Shown here one piece after another: positions 40,510 through 52,200 of a DNA stretch of 64,000 bases. Each line of letters begins with the position of its first letter. Position 1 is the stretch's first letter. The DNA is from Octopus vulgaris (taxonomy: Eukaryota), in contig OX597816.1 in the NCBI GenBank assembly GCA_951406725.2, positions 133,858,001 to 133,922,000 on the forward strand. The letters are read 5' to 3'. Position numbers and translations under genes: made by a program. The notes under the pieces are model-generated. The model was not told the DNA's origin, ran no database searches, and saw only the letters and a program-made list of their open reading frames with translations.

Positions 40510-41084
40510 TATGCACATGTCATATTTCAGTACATTTTGGTTACCATTATCAGGTATCATTACATCATTTTTAAAGAAAGAACATCTCAGCACAAATGGT
40601 AAATACTATTCCAGGTATCTAATGAATCAAATATTTCCTGGTGATACTGATTTACTAAATTGAATGTTTGCAAGAATTTTCCCAATATCAAATGTTCCAA
40701 ATGGTTGGACACTAAGATACTTTTTAATAGTGTCATTGTTTGAATTGCTTCTTTTAAAGCATCTAGTTTAGTGCTTTATAATTCTACATTCTTAGTTGCT
40801 GGGATCTGCTTCACTTTCATCTCTGTAGTCAATAAAAGTATCAGTGAGATGTTAAGATCAGTTTAATGCACTGTATATCTTTCCTTAATGTAAACTGGAT
40901 AAGAGTTTACTCAAAAGAAAACCATTATTAGAAATTCTTGATACAAGCACAAACATGGGTGTGTGATTATGAAGCTTGCTTTGCAACTGCATAATTTAAG
41001 GTTCAGCTCCACTGCATGGTACTTTGGACAAATAGTCTTCTACTATAGCTCTGGGTCAACTAATGCCTTGTGCATATGCATATA

Positions 41085-41575
41085 TATATACATACAACCC
41101 ATATATCTTTCTCACTCTATATACCCACATGGACCATTTTTCATATTAGCTAACCACTTGACTTTATTCCTTCAACATGGATGCAACATTCAACATGCTG
41201 CCTGGGTTTACCTGGGATCATTTATACCTAACGGCCTATACCTTCACGGAAGTATGAACCAACCTCCATACCCTCTGTAAGATGAGTTGTGAACTTTATT
41301 CTCCTGTCTGTAGTCTTCTATCTACTGATTTACTCTTTATTCTTCTATCTAGTATTTTATTGCTTATAAACTGTGAATTTCCCTGTCTAGATCTTTCATA
41401 CATACTGGGATAGTCTCTGATGATGGAATACCCAGTGTACGGACATGCTAGCCTATCACTTGGGATATGCCAGAAACAGCTGTAAGATTTCAAATTCACC
41501 TTACCCTAATTAAATATTCTAAATGACTTGAGATACCTGTCCTGCCTTGGTTCTTGTTGTCCTTTGTCCTCTAAC
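41085..41575 (+). mobile_element. Penelope-like terminal-repeat fragment carrying a hammerhead
   Basis: Flanked by (TA)n; contains a minimal type I hammerhead typical of PLE pLTRs. Confidence 0.55.
41412..41489 (+). ncRNA. Minimal type I hammerhead ribozyme
   Basis: AGTCT-CTGATGA-TGGAATACCCAGTG...CACTTGGGATATGCCA-GAAAC-AGCT-GTA-AGATT: intact core boxes, stem I and II complementarity, palindromic mini stem III. Confidence 0.8.
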
Positions 41576-42689
41576 ACACACATATATATATATATATATA
41601 TAAATGAGAAACAAAGATATACAAGTGTCAGTTCATTACAGCCGTTTCAATCGACTCCTTTAAATGATTAATGAAAACATTATATCATTGCAAAGAAACC
41701 ATTTTCAACTGGTGACTACATAGACTTCAAATACAAAGGACAAACCAACAGCTTTATCATATTTGTATCACCAATGGAGCTCAAATATTTACATTGATTC
41801 TGCTGGGATATCTTTGGCAGAACGAGTTTAGAAAATAATCTACTAGTGTCAAAGCTACTACACAATAAATGAGTGTAGTGACCTAGTTACCTATACTTTG
41901 AAGACAATAGGAGGAATGTAGTCTTCAATCATCCAAAATTAAATCTTTTGGGAGTTGTAGCTGTATTCTAGACAAAGGTGATAAATTAATATTATGACAA
42001 CCTACTAGACTATCTAAGTACTGGAACCTTATATCCGGCTTTGTCTACAACAAAAGGTAAGGCTTGAGGTGGTAAAAAAGGGGAATGCCTGATGGGGAAG
42101 GGGTGATAGTTGGAAGAAAGAAGGATAAAAACTAATAATACTTATTTTGATTGTCATCTTAAAGGGGAAGGTAATGAAAAACTAAATGTATTAGAAATTA
42201 GGGGTGGAAAGTTCAGAGAATAAGGAAAGGAGCACATTGTAACTTGGCATATTTATAATGTTAAGCAAAATATAATTAAATATATAGATGAAGGCTAGAA
42301 GTTACATTTAAAATTTTGATAAGGTGATACTTTAAGATATAAGAGAAATATTAAGATTTTTCATAAATGTAGTGTAAATTAGATTGATCCAGCGAGGTGC
42401 CCAATTTAAGTACCTAACTCAACCAAATCTTAATTAGATTTTATATATGTTTGTTTGTGTTTGTCACCCTCCCATCACTCGACAACTGGTGTTGGTTTGT
42501 TTACAACCATGTAACTTAGTGATTCAGTGAAAGAGACTGATAGTACTAAACTTCTTAAAAAAAAAAAGAAAAAGTGCTGGGGTCAATTTTCTTAACTAAA
42601 ATCTTTCATAGGGGTGTCTCAGTATGGCTGCAGTCCAATGGCAGAAACAATTAAAAGAAAAAGATACATCATCTAGACAACATTATGGG

Positions 42690-43149
42690 ACTTCTGTGCA
42701 AAAGTAGTTCAACAACCCCCTCTTATACACACAGAGGCAACATGAAACAGCATATTTTTCTTCCTTTATGTATGAAATGATGAATAATCTGTTTTTACAA
42801 TCATTTAACATGGTTTGGATTTCGTTTTCGGATTTGGTTTGCAAGATTCTTTATATGAGTTTGTGTGTTGAAGCATATTCTGTTTTCAAAACTATTGAAA
42901 AGGTTGCAACATGCAACGAAAATTTTAGGAAAATAAAAATAAGAAAAAAGTGGAAATTTTACCGGTGAGTGTGTTATATTATAAGGCACAAAAAGAAAAT
43001 GACTCTCCCCAGACACAACAGAATATGGTTTGGATTGCTCCACCAAAATTTCAATACTTGCAAGAATGGAAAACAATAACAAGAAGAGACTATTATAAAA
43101 ATAGATTTCACAGTTTATTCACTGATATGGATGTTTGCAATGAAATAGA
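42690..43149 (-). other. Probable GTF2H2 3'UTR (end not determinable)
   Basis: Non-repetitive sequence directly downstream of the stop; minus-strand AATAAA near 43114-43119; bounded by a SINE below about 42660. Confidence 0.4.
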
Positions 43150-43287
43150 TTATGTGAAAGATTCCATTAATCCTATCTGTTGGGTTGAACGTGATGAGGA
43201 ACAGCCAGGACAACAGTGTAAGGTTTCATGAGCGAACAAGTCACAATCTATACAAAAGTTCTGGTCACATTTGGTACAAATATATAT
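43150..43287 (-). CDS. GTF2H2: GTF2H2 last coding exon (138 nt): [45 protein letters not shown]
   Basis: TTTTTAG acceptor, C-terminal RING-like cysteines, TAA stop at 43150-43152. Confidence 0.96.
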   Translation of the reverse strand: MYICTKCDQNFCIDCDLFAHETLHCCPGCSSSRSTQQIGLMESFT

Positions 43288-46200
43288 CTAAAAAAGTACA
43301 AAAAATAATGTAAATCATACAGTGTACATAAATCACACACACACACCACCCTTCATCTCACTTTACATCCCCTATTCATGCTGGCATGGATTAGATGGAT
43401 CATTATGGTCCAAGTTAGCTCTATTTGGAGTTAATACTCTTGCACAAGAGGCAAAAGACTGTGTTGTCCAAATATATTTCATTTTTGGCTTGATTTCTAT
43501 GCTTTCCTGTCAAAACCATTTTATAGAGTACATTCTCTTATGGCACCAATACCAAAAAGTTTGTCAGATCACCAACAAAACTAAAGGATCCTCTCAAGAT
43601 GATACTGTTTCTGCTCATTTGTCAACCACATTACAGAGTGAACTGGGAGTATTTTATCATGGCATTAGTACTAGTAAGATTGCTTGTACCTAGTAATATT
43701 AAAAAGTCTTTGCTACTCAATGATGTGTTTGTTCACTCAACACAATGTGACAGAAGATGGTCAGGGGAGAGAGGGAGAGAAATGACAGAAATACCAGCAT
43801 GGAAGTACTGAAGGGTGGTCTCATGACACTGAACCTTTCTGAGGAGATGATAAAGGACTGAGATATCTGGCACCTTGCTGTACTTGAGAAGGCCCGTCCT
43901 TCATAATAGAAGTGTTAAGGCTGCTCCCACTGATGAAGAGGATTAGCCTGCTAGAGTCCTGTGCCAGTGCCATGTAAAAAGTACTTGTGCTGGTACCACA
44001 TAAAAGAGCTTGTGTCACTACCACTATAAAAGCACCCATTATACACTGTAAAGTGGTTGGTGTTAAGAAAGGCATCCAACCATAGAAACCAAGCCAAATC
44101 GGACTGGAACCTGGTGCAGCTCTGGTCAGACCATCCCACACATGCCAGTATGAAAAACGGACATTAAGGGATGATGATGATATATATATATACACATATA
44201 TAGTTTTATATTCATTTTCTTCAGCTAACTTGAATGGATTAGTTTTCCTGTGAAGTTTTACATTTGAAACATTTGTATATTGATAGATTATAGCTTGAAC
44301 GTGACCCCCACCACTGTTAACCACTCATTTGTAAAGTAGGAATGGAATTTCTTGTCACCCAGGCAAACTGAGGTAATCAGACTTATATGTTTCCAAACAG
44401 AGTCTTAACACAATTGCTCGATGAGTGAGGTATGTTACGTTAGCATACACAAGTATAAGAGAACTGTTTGAATAAATAAGCCTATATTTATGTACACTTA
44501 CACAATGTATATGTAATTGCTCTAGTATGTACATATGAACATTCTAACAGTGTTATTGAATTTCTAGGAATAATTTAGATTTGTTAGTGATAGGTGACTT
44601 ATTCTGTGGAATAATAAAATGAGCATCAGTAAGATAAGTGTATGGTAATAATGCTACCAAGCCATTAAGCACCTTCTTTAATAAACAAATCCACCAACAA
44701 ATTTATAAATTTTATAATGTGTTAGTTTCAGAGGGAAGGGTAGTAAAACTTCTTTAAGCCTGTCTATTCAATTTCAATTGGTGTATATTAGTGGTTGAAT
44801 GTGTATGGCTCAGTGGTTAGAGCATTGGGCTCATAATCATGAGGTAGTGAATTTGATCTTGGACAGGCTGTGTGTTGTGTTCTTGAGCAAGATGCTTTAT
44901 TTCACATTACTCCAGTTCACTCAGCTGTAGAAATGAGTTATGACATTACTGATGCGAAGCTGCATCGGTCTTTGCTTTTCCCTTGGATAACATCAGTGGT
45001 GTAGCGAGGGGAGGTTCGTATGCATGGGTGACTGCTGGTCTTCCATAAAACAACCATACCTAGACTTGTACCTTGGTGGGTAACATTCTAGGTGCAATCC
45101 CATAGTCATTCATGACCAGGGTGGGTGTCTTTATTCTTTTTATATTAGTGGGTGGCAAGAAAACATAAGCTAAAAAGGGGACAGAATAAATAGGTAAAGT
45201 GTTTGTGAAGGATTTGGAAGGTAAGATCAAATGAAACTGATAAGAGGAGAGGCAAATGAGTCAGTAGATAATGACAGAGAATTAGCAAGTTATAAAAAGA
45301 AGCTGTTGTGATAGTGGAAGAAAAAAAACAGTGACATAGTGCTTCTTAATAAGAGGTTAATGATAAAAAGTATTAGTGAGTGCAAGCATGGAATAGAGAA
45401 AAGAACACGAACATATTTAAGCAGGTTTACTCACATTTTTTTCTTTCAAAGAAATCTGACAACCATAGCAAAATCTGAAACAAATATTAAAGTAAATGGA
45501 AAGTAATAAATGAATTTTAAATCTTAAATATTCCCAAAGAGTAGTTTATATAAAGAGGAAAACAAATAGCTGGCAATGGATATGAAACAACTAAAACTTA
45601 CAGAAAAGCTGAGAAATGATAGTGAGTAAAAATAAAGATAAAATCCTTTAGAAATGATTCAATCTATACCAACAATAGGAGTAGAAGCAAATATCTCCCA
45701 ACAATAATAAGGATATTGATAGACATGATAGGAGAGACTTTTAAAAGGAAATTATATTGAGCAGACTAAATTAACTACATAGAGGTACCTTTATGAAGTG
45801 ATATTTACAGGTTATGGTATGTGGATGTCAGACTATACACAGGGAGATTACTGTTCTATATGGTGCAAAAAATGTTAGTGAATAGTGAAATTTAGATAAC
45901 TTTCTGTATTTTAATCCATGAACATGGCTGTGAGGTTAAGAAGTTCACTTTGCAACCAGATGGTTTCAGGTTCAATCTCACTGCATGACACCTAGAGCAA
46001 ATGTCTCCTATTATATCCCTATGCCAATCAAAGCTTTGTAAATGAATCTGGTGGATGGAAACTGAAAAGAAGCTTGTTGTAGATATATACGTTTGTGTTT
46101 CTTTCTCCTTGTTTATACATCATACTTTCCTCTCCATCTTCCTTGTTATTTCTGGAGAAAGGTCACCATTGTTGTTTTATAACAGTTGTTTCATGCTGAC

Positions 46201-49200
46201 TTTCCTGTTCTTTTCAAGATTTCCTCTTATATTTTTTCCCACTTCAATGCTTTCTTCAACAGCTATTAACTTTCCCTCAGTAACCATTATTTTTTACTTC
46301 TTCACATGATGAAGTGGTACTTCATGCAGCTATTTGTTGGCTTGTTTTGAAAATTTGGCATAAAAAAATTTCTTTTGCCATTCCCAGAATTTTGATTGAT
46401 GACACTCTGGAAATGTATTTGTTGCCCTTGCTGTTCCCCTGTTTTCTTGTCCAGTCTTACAAATTCTTCAGGGCAAGATGCTTTGAGGTGATTTTTTACT
46501 ACAGCAAATGTAGCAGCTAGGCCTTGTGCTCTTTATCGTCAATGTCATGCCTTGTCTTGGCACCCTCAACTAGCCAGTCCTGGTAAGGCTGTGTGGTCAC
46601 TGGCAGTCATTAGAACTTACAAATCCATTTTGACACTGCACTGACCAGATGTTGCCTCTTTTTAACCCTCTTTAAACTTCCTGCCTAAAATGCAATATAA
46701 AGTGATGGTCAACCACATATATACATCAATTCCAGTGTCTCTCATCATCACTCTAGTGTTTTTTAGTCCCCTGTACTGAGACACAAATGTATGGGTGGAA
46801 GCATGTCCAACAATTTCAGCCTGCATTTTGGATGAGTCTTTGGTTTTCAAAGCACAGCAAACTGTTTTCATTTTCAATTGAGAAGATTTCCAAAATTTTA
46901 ATTTCTGTCATCAGAGTAGATTTAGTCCTGTGCTATATTTTCTAAAGTACAATCTCTGTTGGAAAAAATCATGTAACAAAGAAACAATGTTTAATCATAC
47001 AAAATTCTTTCAAGTATTCTTCTCTGGAACAGTCTTATGTCTAAAGCATTTGTTTGTTCTGTTTCTCATTTAAGACAGATACTGTATGGACAATTTAATA
47101 TCAAATGTCAGAACAGTCATTATTGTTACTATTGCTATCTTCAAAACTTCCTTTTAGACTATTTAAAATATCTTTATCAATTAATTGTTAATTGTTCCCT
47201 TTTTTTACTTCCTTTTTTCATTCATGTATTTTGTTGTTTGTGTGTTTTCCTTGTTAGCAGTTGCAAGGTTTTGTCCTATTTTGTGTGTATTTATAATTGG
47301 TGGCCATATTGAAAGTGAACAAGTCATGCACTTAAATATGAAAAGATCTATAAAAATAAACTATCATTTTGATAGTAAGCTTTTGTCAGAGCAATATAAT
47401 CCTTTTTAGCAAGTACTCAAAAGAGAATTTCATTTGTTAATGCTATAAATATCTTAGCTTCAGAGCAAAAGAACACACATGTACACTTTAGAGCTAATGA
47501 TAGTAATAATGGTTCAAATTTTGGCAAGGGGAAGTTGATTAGATTGACCTCAGTACATTTTATCGGTCCCAAAAGGATGAGGTGCAAAGCTGACCCCAGC
47601 AGAATTTGAACTCAGAATGTGAAGACGGATGAAATGCAGCTAAGCATTTCACCTGCCATGCTAATGATTCTGCCAGCTGGCTGCTTTAATGATAATAATA
47701 ATAATAATAACAGTGCGATTTATTGTTGGGTCCTTGGGAACAGTATTAGAAGACACCAAGAGGAATATAAAGGAAATTGGAATAGAGTGCCCAGTAGAAC
47801 TGTTACAAAAGGCTTGCCTCCTTGGCACAGCCAGAATTATCAGGAAAGTATTAGATAGCTGAAAAAAACAAATAGCATGGTACTGTAGACTGTAGGTAGT
47901 AAGCCCACTATGCATGCAAGACTTGAGGAGCTCCAAGAAAACCTGTGATAAAGAGATGATAATAATAATAATAATAATAAACTTACTGAGGTTTATCACT
48001 GACAGCTTCTGTTGCTACTACTTCCTTAAAATTAGCAAGTGGAAATAAGTGATGGTATGAACGAGCCAAATGAGGGGCTGACACTAATGTTAAAGCTGAA
48101 AATATATATGTTAAAAAAATACCTTAATATATGGTGATATCCTAATTACATTAAAGAAACATATGATTATGATTATAATATGTCATTGTAAAAACTAATG
48201 AGTATCAATTTTCACTTGGTCTGAATTAAGTTTTCACTTGGCACTTTGAAAGAAACAAAAAATTCAAATTATATGAAGATCATCATCATCGCAACTATTA
48301 ACATTTTTTCTGTTTTTCAGAAAATTACTTGGATTTCAAAAATTTCCTGAATTTCATGATTAGAAAGAAAATCATTCATCTCAGATAAAATTTTAATTTG
48401 GGATGTCAGGACAATAATAGGAATACGTGCATTGTTAATTAGCATTTAATTTGATTCAGAATTCTGAGAGAAAATTTCACGATTTTAGTAAAAATCTAAA
48501 TTATACTGACCACAAGCTTTGCATTCAACAGGAAGTTCACAATATTTACTTCTGCACTGTGGACAAAAATAACCACCACTACTGAAGTTTTGAGATGCTT
48601 TATCATCAAGGTGGCTAAAGGAAGAAAAGAAATATCAAATAATTCACATATATTAACAATCTATATCAAGCTAATATCAAATCTATTTACACAGTCACTT
48701 AACCAGTTCCAAAAAGAAGCCATATCTCCCACAGATTATATCCTATCACCTTAAAGAAAGAACAAATTAGAGTAATACTTCTAGAGTAATACTGCCTTAA
48801 AAAATAAATTAATTAAAAAATAAGGAATAATGAAAATAATTGGAATGTCTTTGATCATGTATCTGCTGAATCAGAGCTGACATGTGTTCAACAACAGAAT
48901 TCATACAGAAAAGTATTTAATGTACTAGTAGTATTATACCGTATGCAGTAAAGAATTAAAATTGTAATGTTCGTGTTTTCTATCTCACTTTTTCAGCTGA
49001 TTCTTGAAATTTAATTCTTAAGAGCCATATAGCAATTCAATGAAGACAAGCAGTAATTCAGGAATAAATTTGTTGCTCAATTTAACACCACTATCTGGCT
49101 CTAGGCTGATTTAAGAAGAGCATACACTGTTGTAAGCATTCAGGTCATATCTTTGGTTCACTCTTGGAGACTTTGGAAAGGTGTTATAGGTATTCTCTTT

Positions 49201-52200
49201 GTTTCTCAGACAAAATCATACCAAAAATAAAATTAATGAAAGAAAATAAATGTATTTAAAAGTTGATGGCTATGAAACTCTTAAAGTCTGTAGAGAAGGA
49301 TTAATAGATTTTATGTCTAGAATGTTTTGTGAGATAACGATATCAGATCAAAGATGTGACTAAGACATCATCATTTAACGTCCGTTTTCCAAGCAGGCAT
49401 GGGTTGGATGGTCTGACGGGAGCTGGCTAACCAGAAGACTGCACCAGGTTTTACTGTTTGTTTTGGCATGATTTTTATGGCTGGATGCCCTTCATAATGC
49501 TGACCCACCTTACAGAGTGGACCAAATGCTTTTCATGTGACACCAGCAAAAATGTGGATTTGTTCGCAAATTATGTTGTGAAAATAATGGACATGGTACT
49601 GCCATCAGCACTATCGAGATTAAAACAAAGGAAAAGAATTAACTCAAGTTTGTAAGAACACACTTTGTGTAGTTGGTAAATGTTTACATATCTGGAATGG
49701 GTTTCAACACACATTCTAACCAGTATCCCTAAACAAGCTCTTAATTAATAACACAATATAATTCTTGGCCTAATGTCTAGTGGTACTTCTTGCCACTTTT
49801 GTTATTACTACTGCTCCTAATTCCTGCAACTTCCTAAATAGCGGTATACCCTACCCTCATATAAACTCAAGTAGTGCACTCATCATCATCATCTCTGGGT
49901 TGTCTTATCAATCAAACCTTGCATTAAATAGTAAAATTTATATAAATATACTGAATACACGAGTGTAGCAAGAATTTCAACAGAATGGGGTTTCTCAGTT
50001 ATTAAAATGGATCCACCATCTAATTTACGTTTGTGTACCCAAGAAGACATGGGACAAATTTTGAAGGCTGATCTCAAAACGTTGAACCTCATGGAGATGA
50101 CAGAGAACTGAGGTATGTGACACATTACTGTACTTGAGAAGACCTGTCCACAACAGAATTAAAATCCTAAAATCAAGGTGCCACATAAAAAGTGTGGGTA
50201 TAGGTGCTGGTGCCATGTAAAAAGCACACAGTACACTCTGTAGAGTGGTTGACATTAGGAAGGGCATCCAGCCATAGAAACCAAGCCAAAACAGACTATG
50301 GAACCTGATGCAGACCCTAACCATACCAGTTCCTGTGTTGCAGCTATGACCCCCATTGATTTTTGCCAGAGATAATATTTAAGACTACATTATCCAACAT
50401 GCTGTCATTCTTTTAAGACCACAGAGCATGGTGTGAAGACCTGGTTATTTCCAGCAGGTAGAGCAATAATATAAAAGCTCTCTTGATGACTCAAGATTAA
50501 GAAGTGTTGTAAATAGCGAATAGAAATGTAAACTTAAGGTATACTGAAACAAACAAGCTAAATACACTGTTTACTTACCACATACACATTGACGGTCTGT
50601 CTTCTTTATCTTTGTCCATAGACTGTTGATGATGTGGGAAACCTATAGAATAATACAATATAACTGTACAATCTTAATGATACAAAATTGTGTTTACTTT
50701 TTACAATATATAAATAATAGTTTATGTAATCATGTACAGCTATTAGCTTTGTGAGAAAAAAGTCTTCATTTTCATTATCATCATCATCATCGTTTAGCAT
50801 CCGTTTTCCATGCTAGCATGGGTTGGACGGTTCTACTGGGGTCTGTGAAGCCAGAAGGCTTCATCAGGCCCAGTCAAATCTAGCAGTGTTTCTACGGCTG
50901 GATGCCCTTCCTAATGCCAACCACTCCGTGAGTGTAGTGGGTGCTTTTTACGTGCCACCCGCACTGGTGCCAGACAGAGCTGGCAAACGGCCACGAATGG
51001 ATGGTGCTTTTTATGTGCCACTGGCACGAGGGCCAGGCAAGGCTGGCAACGGACACGAAACGGGGCGGTGCTGGCAACGGTCGCGAAACGGAAAGTTCTC
51101 TTACATGCCACCGGCACTGGTAACACATCTGCAATTTCCATTGATCGATTTTGATTCTAATCCTCACTTGCCTCAACGGGTCTTCACAAGTAGAGTTTCG
51201 ACATGCCACCGGCACTGGTAACACATCCGCAATTTTCATTGGTCAATTTCGATTCTGATCCTCACTTGCCTCAACACGTCTTCACAAGTAGAGTTTTGTG
51301 TCCCAAGAAGGGAAGGTATGCATACGTAGGCTGGCTCTATCCCATGTAGAAGGCCACGGGTTATGGACTCACTTGTCCTGCCGGGTCTTCTCGCGCACAG
51401 CACACTTCCAGAGGTCTCGGTCTCTAGTCATTTCCTCAGTGAGACCTAAAGTTCGAAGGTCGTGCTTCACCACCTCGTCCCAGGTTTTCCTGGGTCTGCC
51501 TCTTCCACAGGTTCCCTCAATCGCTAGGGTGTGGCACTTTTTCACACAACTATCTTCATCCATTCTCGCCATATGACCATACCAGCGCAAACGTCTCTCT
51601 TGCACACCACAACTGATGCTTCTTAGGTCCAGCTTTTCTCTCAAGGTACTTACACTCTGCCGAGTGTGAGTACCGACATTACACATCCATCGGAGCATAC
51701 TGGCTTCATTTCTTGCGAGCTTACGCATATCCTCAGCAGTCACGGCCCATGTTTCACTGCCATGTAGCATGGCTGTTCGTACACACGCATCATACAGTCT
51801 GCCTTTCACTCTGTGCGAGAGGCCTTTTGTCACCAGCAGAGGTAAGAGCTCTCTGAACTTTGCCCAAGCTATTCTTACTCTAGCAGTTACACTTTCAGCA
51901 CACCCGCCCCCGCTGCTGACTTGGTCACCTAGGTAACGGAAACTATCAACTATTTCTAGTTTTTCTCCCTGGAAAGTGACGGAAGTTGGTCTCAGAGCAT
52001 TTTCAGTGTTTATTGTTCCTGAGCATCTGCCACATACAAAAACCATCTTCCTAGTTAGCCTTCCTTTGACATTGCTGCACCTCTTATGTGTCCATAGCTT
52101 ACACTTGGTGCATCTTATAGAGTTTCTACCTACACCTTTTCTACAGATCGAGCAGTACCATCTACCTGAAGGCGTTTGTGATTTGTCTACCTTCCTACTG

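Noticed and set aside
41625-41740. Minus-strand GAAAC-GGCT-GTA-ATGAAC, a hammerhead 3' half
   Set aside because: No intact CTGANGA box with a matching stem I upstream; at best a dead remnant.
42950-43231. 93-aa plus-strand ORF
   Set aside because: Antisense to the last GTF2H2 exon and 3'UTR, with no recognisable motif.
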